From Candidatus Woesearchaeota archaeon (GTDB taxonomy: Archaea > Nanobdellota > Nanobdellia > Woesearchaeales > DSVV01): a stretch of DNA of 64,000 nucleotides. Made by a program: the position numbers and the translations under genes. Location of the stretch: assembly GCA_018657385.1 (NCBI GenBank), contig JABHXF010000029.1:4214-68213 (forward strand), in the 5' to 3' direction. Under the pieces are notes generated by a model. The model had not been told where the DNA came from. It worked only from the letters and a program-made list of their open reading frames with translations, and ran no database searches. Shown here in pieces: positions 8,433-15,985 of this stretch (its first letter is position 1; each line of letters begins with the position of its first letter).

Positions 8433-9209
8433 ATGCAAAAAAAGATATATGTAGTTTATTATAAGCCAAGTGATAAGGAAGAAGAATTATCATTAAAGAA
8501 AGTTCTTACTACATTAGATAAATTTAATGTTAAATATAGGGCTATTGAGAGGAAGTTTTGTTATAAAGGGGAGTTTAGGGGAGCAAAATTAATTATTGTA
8601 GTTGGTGGAGATGGTACATTCTTAAGGGTTTCTCATTATGTGAAAAATGCACCTCTACTTGGAGTTAATTCTCATTGCATGAAGAAAGAAGGATTTTTTA
8701 TGCATTGCACAAGAATGGATTTTGAAAAAAAGATAAAAAAAGTATTAAAAAGTTTCAAAACTAAAAAATTATTAAGATTAGATATTTCAATTAATGGTAA
8801 ATCACATAATTATCCTGCATTAAATGATGTTTTCTTTGGACATCCTAATGCTTATAAATTATCAAGATTTGATTTAACAATTAAGGGCAAAAAAGAACAT
8901 CAGAAATGCAGTGGGCTAATTACTTCAACACCTGCTGGAAGTTATGCGTGGGCTGTTAGTGCTGGTGGAAAAACTTTGCCTTTAACATCTACAAAATGGC
9001 AATATTTAGTAAGGGAACAATATGAATGGCGCCTGCATAAACATAAATTAAGTAAAGGATTGCTTAATAAAAATGATAAAATTAAAATTAAAGTTTTGAG
9101 GAATAATTATGTTCTTGCTATTGATTCATTAGAAGAAATTAAATTAAAACAAGGTGATATTGTTACAATAAAACCTTCTAAAAGATTTTTGAATTATGTT
9201 GTAATCTAA
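8433..9209 (+). CDS. nadK: NAD kinase
   Basis: GGDGT motif (IIVVGGDGTFLR), NDVF and the typical 250-260 aa length. Confidence 0.85.
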   Translation: MQKKIYVVYYKPSDKEEELSLKKVLTTLDKFNVKYRAIERKFCYKGEFRGAKLIIVVGGDGTFLRVSHYVKNAPLLGVNSHCMKKEGFFMHCTRMDFEKKIKKVLKSFKTKKLLRLDISINGKSHNYPALNDVFFGHPNAYKLSRFDLTIKGKKEHQKCSGLITSTPAGSYAWAVSAGGKTLPLTSTKWQYLVREQYEWRLHKHKLSKGLLNKNDKIKIKVLRNNYVLAIDSLEEIKLKQGDIVTIKPSKRFLNYVVI

Positions 9210-9225
9210 AACAAGTTATAGAAAA

Positions 9226-9837
9226 ATGAAAAGTAAATTAAAAAATATAGGGTTTTATTTTGTTGCAAGTTCTGAATTAAGTAATCTAAGAGCTATTCAG
9301 CAGGTAGAATTAGCAATAAAAGCTGGTGTTAAAGTTGTACAATTCAGAGAAAAGGATTTAGATAGAAAACAAATGCATGAAACAGCTGCAAAGATTAGGG
9401 AATTAACTAAAAAAGCAAAAGTTTTGTTTATAGTTAATGATTATTTGGATGTTGCTATTAAAGCAGAAGCAGATGGTGTTCATCTTGGTAAAAATGATTT
9501 TGATCCAGAAGAAGTAAGAAAGATTATGCCTGATATTTTAGTTGGGTTAAGTGCAAGAAGTGTTGAAGAAGCAGTGTTAGCAGAGAAAAAAGGAGCAGAT
9601 TATATTTATTTTGGACCAATATTTAAATCAAATAAAAAAGAAATTAATGTTTTAAGTGTTGATGCAATCAAAGAAGTTAAAGAAAAAGTAAAAATACCTA
9701 TAATTGCAATTGGTGGCATTAGTAAAGATAATGTTAAAGAGGTTTTAAATGCAGGAGCAGATGGATTTGTTATTGTTAGTGAATTGTTTAAAAAAGATTT
9801 AGGTAAAGAGATTAATCAAATAATTAATATTTCTTAG
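9226..9837 (+). CDS. thiE: Thiamine-phosphate synthase
   Basis: TMP-TENI family strings: VQFREKD, ADGVHLG, GADYIYFGPIF, IAIGGI. Confidence 0.85.
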   Translation: MKSKLKNIGFYFVASSELSNLRAIQQVELAIKAGVKVVQFREKDLDRKQMHETAAKIRELTKKAKVLFIVNDYLDVAIKAEADGVHLGKNDFDPEEVRKIMPDILVGLSARSVEEAVLAEKKGADYIYFGPIFKSNKKEINVLSVDAIKEVKEKVKIPIIAIGGISKDNVKEVLNAGADGFVIVSELFKKDLGKEINQIINIS

Positions 9838-9844
9838 AATAATA

Positions 9845-10125
9845 AGTGGACAGGCATGCCCAGTAATGGCCATATAAACGAGCCTGAGGTTTAACCCTCA
9901 TCCATTCTCAGTAAGGCTACCTCACAAGCACCTATGTAAAAACTTAATGCTGCTTCCGTCAGGATCTGACATAGTTCGTAAACACACAAGTCCTATGAGA
10001 CCAAACATCATGGGCAAGATAAGGACCTCCTGCCTGAATATATGACGCTTACCAAGCTTCAACTCCTGCATAAGTCCGTTACAGGTAACAGGTGAGGACT
10101 AACCACCCAGTCTAGCCTATCCAAG
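9845..10125 (-). ncRNA. ffs: Signal recognition particle RNA (archaeal 7S/SRP RNA)
   Basis: An ORF-free region richer in GC than its surroundings. The minus strand reads GUCAGAUCC-UGAC-GGAAGCAGC, matching the conserved helix-8 motif (compare E. coli 4.5S GUCAGGUCC-GGAA-GGAAGCAGC). The 5' GGAUAGGC (10115-10122) pairs with the 3' GCCUGUCC (9848-9855). At about 280 nt with an upstream TATA, it fits an archaeal SRP RNA. The ends are approximate. Confidence 0.75.
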
Positions 10126-10143
10126 TAAGAGGTATTTTTGGTC

Positions 10144-10152
10144 ATTTAAAAA
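10144..10152 (-). promoter_or_regulatory. TATA box of the SRP RNA gene
   Basis: The minus strand reads TTTTTAAAT, about 21 nt upstream of the GGAUAGGC 5' end of the SRP RNA. Confidence 0.5.
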
Positions 10153-10191
10153 GGTTACGCCAGGATTTGGTGTGTTATGTATGAAAAATTT

Positions 10192-10297
10192 AACAACAAT
10201 GGCGTTGATGCGACGGGGGTTGCCCCCTTCGGGGTGTCGCATAAGGCATTTTTCAGAAGGAAAAATGACTGTCAACAGCCATTATTGTTGTTGTTGG
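10192..10297. ncRNA. Structured element D: AACAACAATGGC/GCCATTATTGTTGTT outer stem enclosing two hairpins (unknown family)
   Basis: Same outer-stem sequence as elements A-C but a different interior. Interior pairings: GTTGA/TCAAC; a GC hairpin TGCGAC (10209-14) with GTCGCA (10236-41) containing GGGGG-TTG-CCCCC-TTCG-GGGG; and an AU hairpin CATTTTTC-AGAAG-GAAAAATG. Confidence 0.4.
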
Positions 10298-10368
10298 ATT
10301 CTTCCTTAACTATTGTGACATAATTTCCATAAGATTTTTAAATTAATAACATAGTAATTACTATTAAA

Positions 10369-10998
10369 ATGAGTTTGGTATTGTTATTTGATGATGTGAA
10401 TGGAATTACACCTAAAAAAGATGTTAGGATTAGTTCTATTAGTAAAAGTAAACCAAAATTAGCAAAAACTGAAACTAAAAAAAGTCTAAAATCAAAGAAA
10501 GATAAAAAACAAGAATCTAAAAAAACAAAAAAAGACGGAATTGCAGCTAAGATTATTGAAATGATTGAAGAATTAGCTGAAATTGAAGATACAAATAGTG
10601 TTATTGAAGATCACATTAAATCTATAAAGGATAATTATTCTGAGATTTTTCATGTGCAACAATATCAACAACAACTTGCACAGTACACTAAATTTCTTAA
10701 TGCATACTTAAAAGGTTATGAACAAAGAGAAGGTACTAATGGTGTGGCAATTGTACGTGAATATGATGATGCATTTGAAAGAACAGATGTTATTGTTCCT
10801 AAACGAGATTTTGAAGCTGGACAAGAAGTTATGACTAATTCTGAAATAAGAGACATAGTTAGAAGAAAAAGAATGAACTGGGCAATGGGTGGAGAACATA
10901 ATCATGTTTCGCCTGATGAAAAAGAACGTTATAAAATGTGGAAAATATGCAATAAATTCAATTATATTATGGCTGAAGGTGGCTGGTTCTCATTGTAA
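10369..10998 (+). CDS. Hypothetical protein (lysine-rich N-terminus)
   Basis: 209-aa ORF with a K/S-rich N-terminal third followed by an ordinary globular-looking sequence. No motif recognised. Confidence 0.55.
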   Translation: MSLVLLFDDVNGITPKKDVRISSISKSKPKLAKTETKKSLKSKKDKKQESKKTKKDGIAAKIIEMIEELAEIEDTNSVIEDHIKSIKDNYSEIFHVQQYQQQLAQYTKFLNAYLKGYEQREGTNGVAIVREYDDAFERTDVIVPKRDFEAGQEVMTNSEIRDIVRRKRMNWAMGGEHNHVSPDEKERYKMWKICNKFNYIMAEGGWFSL

Positions 10999-11124
10999 TG
11001 TTTTACTTTATCTTTTTTTAGGATTTTATTATTTCTTTGCTATCTTCCATAATGTATCAAAATAAGACTGCATATTCTTGACCATTCCAATACCTTTTTA
11101 TATTATCTTTTTCTTTGTTAAATT

Positions 11125-11922
11125 ATGATTGACTTTAATCTTAACCCAGTATTAGCATCAATAGGACCATTTGAAATACGTTATTATGGATTAGTTTATG
11201 TAATTGGCTTCTTATTAGTGTATTTATGGCTATGGTTAGGAATCAAAAAGAAGAAAATTGATCTTGAACAGGAAGAATTAGATACCTTATTGTTATACAT
11301 CATGTTAGGTGTTATAATTGGTTCTAGGTTATTCCATATTATATTCTGGCAACCAGTTTATTATTTTTCTAATCCTTTGCAAATACTTGCAGTATGGAAA
11401 GGTGGAATGGCATTTCATGGTGGATTAATTGGAAGTGCATTTGCAATCTGGTTGTTCTGTAGGAATAAATCAATAAAGGAAAAAGGTGTAACATTAGCAA
11501 AATTAGCTGATTATTTAGTTATACCTGGGATTATTGCATTAGCTTTGGGTAGAATTGCTAATTTCTTAAATGGTGAATTGCCTGGAATTATTACTAATGT
11601 TAATTGGTGCTTTAATTTTCCTGGTTATGAAGGTTGTAGACATCCATCTCAGCTTTATGGAGCATTGAAAAGATTTATTGTTTTAGGTATTGTTGTGATA
11701 GTTGATCAATTATATATTAAGAAAAGTATTATTGCGGGAAAAAGAATTAAAGATGGTTTCTTATTTTGGGTGTTTGTTGGATTAATGGGGATTGGAAGGT
11801 TTATTGTTAATTTCTATAGGGATGATGCTAGAGGGTTAGGATTAAGTTTAGGACAGTATTTAGGATTAGGAATGTTTGTTTTAAGTTTAATAATATACTT
11901 CAAATATTACAGAAAAAAATAA
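11125..11922 (+). CDS. lgt: Prolipoprotein diacylglyceryl transferase (bacterial-type Lgt)
   Basis: Polytopic membrane protein carrying Lgt strings: GPFEIRYYGLVYVIGFLL, GGMAFHGGLIG and GRIANFLNGELPG (the Lgt G-R-x-[GA]-N-F-x-N-x-E-L-x-G signature). Confidence 0.8.
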   Translation: MIDFNLNPVLASIGPFEIRYYGLVYVIGFLLVYLWLWLGIKKKKIDLEQEELDTLLLYIMLGVIIGSRLFHIIFWQPVYYFSNPLQILAVWKGGMAFHGGLIGSAFAIWLFCRNKSIKEKGVTLAKLADYLVIPGIIALALGRIANFLNGELPGIITNVNWCFNFPGYEGCRHPSQLYGALKRFIVLGIVVIVDQLYIKKSIIAGKRIKDGFLFWVFVGLMGIGRFIVNFYRDDARGLGLSLGQYLGLGMFVLSLIIYFKYYRKK

Positions 11923-11923
11923 T

Positions 11924-12601
11924 TTATTTCTCAACTACAAATACACAATGATCTTTTTCATATGGTTCTAGGTCCATATAATCAACAATATTAACTTCTG
12001 CTTCTTCTAATTGTCTTTTGACCATCTCAAATATCTTTATAGGTGATTTTGTAACATCAATACTTCTTGCTTTGATTGCTAAGAAACCACGACCACCAGT
12101 TTTTAAGAATTTTAGATTTTTTAGAAATATTTGAACTTGTGCTTTTTGTGCAATATCCTGAACAAGAAAATCACATTTACAAATTCTATAGTCATATTCT
12201 TCTGGTTTGTTACAATCTGCTAAAATAGGTACAATATTTTTCCTATCATGAGCTAGGAAATATAATTGTCTTAATACTCTTGGTGCAATATCTATTCCAA
12301 AAATTAAACCTTTCTTACCAATAACATCACTTACATGAGATACAGTTGTTCCAGAAGCAGCACCTAAATATAATACAAAATCACCCTCATTTAAATTTAA
12401 AGGACAAATGTTTTTAGCTAATGCAGCTCCTATTTTACTTTTAACAGTACTCCATTCTCTATATTCTGTTCCTTCATCATTGATTAGTTTCTCGTCATAA
12501 ACCTTCTTACCTTTAATAAGATTCTTGGTCCAAAATTTAATCCCCCATTTACTATCTTCTATAAATATTCCAGGGTTTTCAGTTTCTTCTAAGTCTTTCA
12601 T
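11924..12601 (-). CDS. flpA: Fibrillarin (rRNA/tRNA 2'-O-methyltransferase)
   Basis: LYLGAASGTTVSHVSDVIG, VPILADC and VQDIAQ. The true start is taken as ATG at 12601 (MKDLEET). The listed ORF start at 12691 lies inside structured element B and translates its stem (MQMSVRAIVVVF). Confidence 0.9.
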   Translation of the reverse strand: MKDLEETENPGIFIEDSKWGIKFWTKNLIKGKKVYDEKLINDEGTEYREWSTVKSKIGAALAKNICPLNLNEGDFVLYLGAASGTTVSHVSDVIGKKGLIFGIDIAPRVLRQLYFLAHDRKNIVPILADCNKPEEYDYRICKCDFLVQDIAQKAQVQIFLKNLKFLKTGGRGFLAIKARSIDVTKSPIKIFEMVKRQLEEAEVNIVDYMDLEPYEKDHCVFVVEK

Positions 12602-12653
12602 TGTAATTTTCCTTAATCTTTGTTTAAAACTTACTGTTTTGATGATGTAATCG

Positions 12654-12738
12654 TTAAAAACAACAACAATGGCACGGACGGACATTTGCAAGCAAATATC
12701 CTACTCGCCTTCGGCTCGCCCGGCCTTGTTGTTTTTAA
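12654..12738. ncRNA. Conserved GC-rich structured element, copy B of 3
   Basis: TTAAAAACAACAACAATGGCACGGACGGAC-ATTTGCAAGCAAAT-ATCCTACTCGCCTTCGGCTCGCCCGGCCTTGTTGTTTTTAA. It sits in the 147-nt gap between nop5 and fibrillarin. Confidence 0.5.
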
Positions 12739-12748
12739 CTCTTTATTA

Positions 12749-13678
12749 TTATTTTATATTAAGTTGTTTTTTTAATTTTGCAACTAATAGCTTTCCTTGT
12801 TTATTGTCTAAAGTTCCTTCATGGAAAAAATCTACTTTAGTAGCAATTGAAATTGCACTTGCTAAATGTCTTGCTGCTTTACCTTTGTCTTTATGCTTTG
12901 CAGTTCCAACAAAAGGATGGTTAATAATAATCCCATGTTTAGGACATCTAGCTCTTTTATTTTTTAAATGTCTAAATAATGCTTTTTCTGCACCTAATAA
13001 TTGGATTGTAGAGGAAGTCATCTCTGCTAGATTTTCTAGGGTATGTGCATGTTCAATTAATTCAGCAGCAATTGTAGTAGTAGCAACTTCCATTAAATTA
13101 GGGCAATGGTAACTCATGATTTCTTCAATATAATTTTTTTCTTCTTCTCTTAATTTGATTAAATTACTGATTTCTTTAGCTAAGCTTTTCATTTGATTAA
13201 CATCTTCAGTTGATAAATCACTTCCAATTGTTCTAACACCAAATTCTTTCTCTAATGTAGTTCTTTTTTTTGTTGATACTATTTTTGCATATGCTTCATT
13301 ATCATCTATTTTCAAATCTAGTTCTGGAAAGTATAAACTATACCATTCTCTTAATCTTTTACTAAGAAGATTTATTACTCTGTTTAAATCATCAATATTA
13401 TTAATTGCTTGATTAATTAAATTATCTGTTCTAACAGATTTGATTAAGTCTTTTTTAGTTTTATCCATATTGAATTTATAGAATAATTCATTGAATGTTT
13501 TGTCTTTTGGAAAAACAAAATCAGAATCAGCTTTTTCTACACTCTTTTTTAAATATTCTTTTTCATATTTTAGCTTGTTTTTCCTATCTGTTAGATTTTT
13601 AAATAGTTTTTTAGCTATTACTTTGTCTCCTTTAAGCATAAATGTGCCAAATATGTTGGTATAAACTGTTTTGTTCAT
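12749..13678 (-). CDS. nop5: Nop5 (Nop56/58) C/D box RNP core protein
   Basis: The C-terminal NOP domain reads AAELIEHAHTLENLAEMTSSTIQLLGAEKALFRHL...PKHGIIINHPFV. There is a coiled-coil middle region and fibrillarin lies immediately downstream. Confidence 0.85.
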   Translation of the reverse strand: MNKTVYTNIFGTFMLKGDKVIAKKLFKNLTDRKNKLKYEKEYLKKSVEKADSDFVFPKDKTFNELFYKFNMDKTKKDLIKSVRTDNLINQAINNIDDLNRVINLLSKRLREWYSLYFPELDLKIDDNEAYAKIVSTKKRTTLEKEFGVRTIGSDLSTEDVNQMKSLAKEISNLIKLREEEKNYIEEIMSYHCPNLMEVATTTIAAELIEHAHTLENLAEMTSSTIQLLGAEKALFRHLKNKRARCPKHGIIINHPFVGTAKHKDKGKAARHLASAISIATKVDFFHEGTLDNKQGKLLVAKLKKQLNIK

Positions 13679-13780
13679 TATATATAAGATTACTATATCT
13701 GTTTAAATAGTTTCTTGTAAGTTTAGGTGTAATTTACTTTAAAAGGAAGCTTTAAATATTACTTATTTATCCAGAATATC

Positions 13781-14524
13781 ATGCATATAGGAATTCAAGG
13801 GAAAGTAAGTTTCATAATTGATACTGATGAAAGATTAAGGGAAGAATTAAAGTATGTTAATCAGGTTTTAGCTGGTTATATGCCTCAATTAGATGTTCTT
13901 TCTAGTTTTAGACCTGAAGAAAGTTGGTTTTTAAGAAAGCCTGAAGGAACCCATGGTATTGCTCATGAAGCAAGAGTTTTAGTCTTTGCTGAACTTTTAG
14001 GTAGGCTATATCAAACAGAAAAGGGGCTAGGATCAATTGATTTAGATGTTTTAAGAAGAGCTGCTTCTACTCATGATATTAGGAGGAGTAGTGATCTTGT
14101 TGATATTGGACATGGTGAAAGAGCTGCAAGTTTTTATTTAGATAATCTAATTGCTAATGGTTATGTTAATGATAATGGAATTGATTCAGAAAAAGTTGCT
14201 TATGTTAATAGTTGGCATGTTCCAGATGATCATCATGCACCACATATGACTTCAGAATTAATGCTGTTTAAGGATGCAGATGGTTTAGATAGGGTAAGGA
14301 TAGAACATAATGGCCAAGGAATGGATATGTCATATGCTAGGTTTGAGCAAACAAGTCATTTTGTTGCAACTGCAGCTTATTTATTCAAAATTAGTAATGC
14401 TATTATGTTTTCAGGAGTTGATCAGTTTGATGCTGTAATGCAAGCTGCAGGAATGTTAGGATTAATAGAAAATGATTATGCAAAATCTTTAATTAATTAT
14501 AGTACTACTAATGTTACTGAATAA
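13781..14524 (+). CDS. HD-domain protein (putative metal-dependent phosphohydrolase)
   Basis: HGIAHEARV...AASTHDIRR...DADGLDRVR fits the H...HD...D pattern. TATA-like CTTTAAATATT lies about 20-28 nt upstream of the ATG, which suggests a leaderless mRNA. Confidence 0.6.
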   Translation: MHIGIQGKVSFIIDTDERLREELKYVNQVLAGYMPQLDVLSSFRPEESWFLRKPEGTHGIAHEARVLVFAELLGRLYQTEKGLGSIDLDVLRRAASTHDIRRSSDLVDIGHGERAASFYLDNLIANGYVNDNGIDSEKVAYVNSWHVPDDHHAPHMTSELMLFKDADGLDRVRIEHNGQGMDMSYARFEQTSHFVATAAYLFKISNAIMFSGVDQFDAVMQAAGMLGLIENDYAKSLINYSTTNVTE

Positions 14525-15218
14525 TTGTTCCAATAAACTCTTTGCCATCTAAGAAGTTTTTAATGTTCTTTAAATCATTACCATTAATTATTACAACTTT
14601 CTTGCCTAGTTTCATTGCTTGTTTACTTGCAACAGGATCAAATGGTGTATTCCTACCTGGAATCCATTCTTCTCCAATAATCTCTAAGTAATCTTTCCAA
14701 GTTACCTCTTTCAATGGTTTAGCACCTTTATGTTTTTTAGGATCTTTATCATAAACATAATCAATGTTTGTTAGATTAATAACAACATCTGCTTTAATAT
14801 TTTCAGCTAATAATACTGCATCCATATCTGTGCTATGGCCTGGTTCATGACCAGAACCAATAATTATTTTTTTATTTGATTTAATTGGATCTCTTGGATT
14901 ATCAATAACTTTTTCATAAGCATCTTCTCCAAACACACTTCTGACTAATTCTGCATTAAGATTTGTTGATCTAATACCAATCCAATCTAAGTCATCATTA
15001 TCTTTACAACCAAGTTCTCTAGCTGCATCTTGATAAATTCTACAAGTTTTACCGCCACCACAAATAATTGCAGCTTTATGACCTTGATTAGTAAAATCTA
15101 GAATTAATTTTTTGAATTCTTTTATAAATTTAAGATCTATTTTATCAGGAACAACCATTGATCCGCCTAATGACATTATTATGTTTTTCATTTTATTTTT
15201 CTCCTTTATATTGGCCAA
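14514..15218 (-). CDS. pyrH: UMP kinase, archaeal type (amino-acid kinase fold)
   Basis: MSLGGSMVVP, AAIICGGGKTCRIYQDAARELG and DWIGIRSTNLNAELV. The start may be one of several N-terminal Met codons. The 3' end overlaps the convergent HD gene by 11 nt. Confidence 0.8.
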   Translation of the reverse strand: MANIKEKNKMKNIIMSLGGSMVVPDKIDLKFIKEFKKLILDFTNQGHKAAIICGGGKTCRIYQDAARELGCKDNDDLDWIGIRSTNLNAELVRSVFGEDAYEKVIDNPRDPIKSNKKIIIGSGHEPGHSTDMDAVLLAENIKADVVINLTNIDYVYDKDPKKHKGAKPLKEVTWKDYLEIIGEEWIPGRNTPFDPVASKQAMKLGKKVVIINGNDLKNIKNFLDGKEFIGTIIQ

Positions 15219-15239
15219 GATGGTGATAGCATCAACATC

Positions 15240-15590
15240 TTAACTTCCTAAACCTATAAAGCTAACTCCAATAATAATTATAATAATACTTATCCACTTC
15301 CATTTATTCATGTCTTCTTTTAAATACTTTACTGACAATAATGCAGTCCATATATATGATAATGAAATAAATGGGTAAAGATATGATAAATCTCCATACT
15401 TTAATGCAATGATGAATAATATACTAGCTAATCCATACAAACCAAGGCCAAAGATTAAAGCATAATTTGTAATCAATGCTTTTATTTCTAATTTAAATTT
15501 AGATGAACCTATTTTTAATAATAAACTCCCTGTTGCACCCATAAATGTAGCAAAGACAGTTATAATAATAGCAAAATATAGCAGATTCAT
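15240..15590 (-). CDS. Small 4-TM EamA/SMR-like transporter subunit (ArnE/ArnF-like)
   Basis: 116 aa with four hydrophobic helices. Paired with a paralogue, with start/stop overlap at 15590. Confidence 0.65.
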   Translation of the reverse strand: MNLLYFAIIITVFATFMGATGSLLLKIGSSKFKLEIKALITNYALIFGLGLYGLASILFIIALKYGDLSYLYPFISLSYIWTALLSVKYLKEDMNKWKWISIIIIIIGVSFIGLGS

Positions 15591-15976
15591 TATGACTTAC
15601 CTCCTAAAATTGCAACACCTATAATAATTAAAATAATTCCTGACCATTTAAATGCGGAAATTGTTTCTTTAAAAATAAATAATGATAATAATGTTACCCA
15701 TAAATAACTTGTAGCTATCATTGGATAAATTGTAGATAATTCTCCTCGTTTTAATGCTAAGATTAAGAATAATGCTGCAATTGCATATAAAAATAAACCA
15801 ATGAATAAATGATAATTAAAAATTAAATCTAAACTAAAAACAAAGTTTTTAGCAGCTAACTTGTAAAACACTTGAGCAACAGATATAAAAACAGTAGAAA
15901 AAATTACCAATAAAATTGCACTTAGTTTTGTTTTACCCATCTTATTATAATTAAGATTATAGTCTGGTTTAAACAA
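15590..15976 (-). CDS. Small 4-TM EamA/SMR-like transporter subunit (ArnE/ArnF-like), paralogue
   Basis: 128 aa with the same architecture (LALKRGELSTIYP compared with IALKYGDLSYLYP in the partner). Confidence 0.65.
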   Translation of the reverse strand: MFKPDYNLNYNKMGKTKLSAILLVIFSTVFISVAQVFYKLAAKNFVFSLDLIFNYHLFIGLFLYAIAALFLILALKRGELSTIYPMIATSYLWVTLLSLFIFKETISAFKWSGIILIIIGVAILGGKS

Positions 15977-15985
15977 CTATAATAT

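Noticed and set aside
12669-13112. 147-aa plus-strand ORF overlapping nop5 and element B.
   Set aside because: It is antisense to the strongly supported Nop5 gene, starts inside the structured element, and has no motif.
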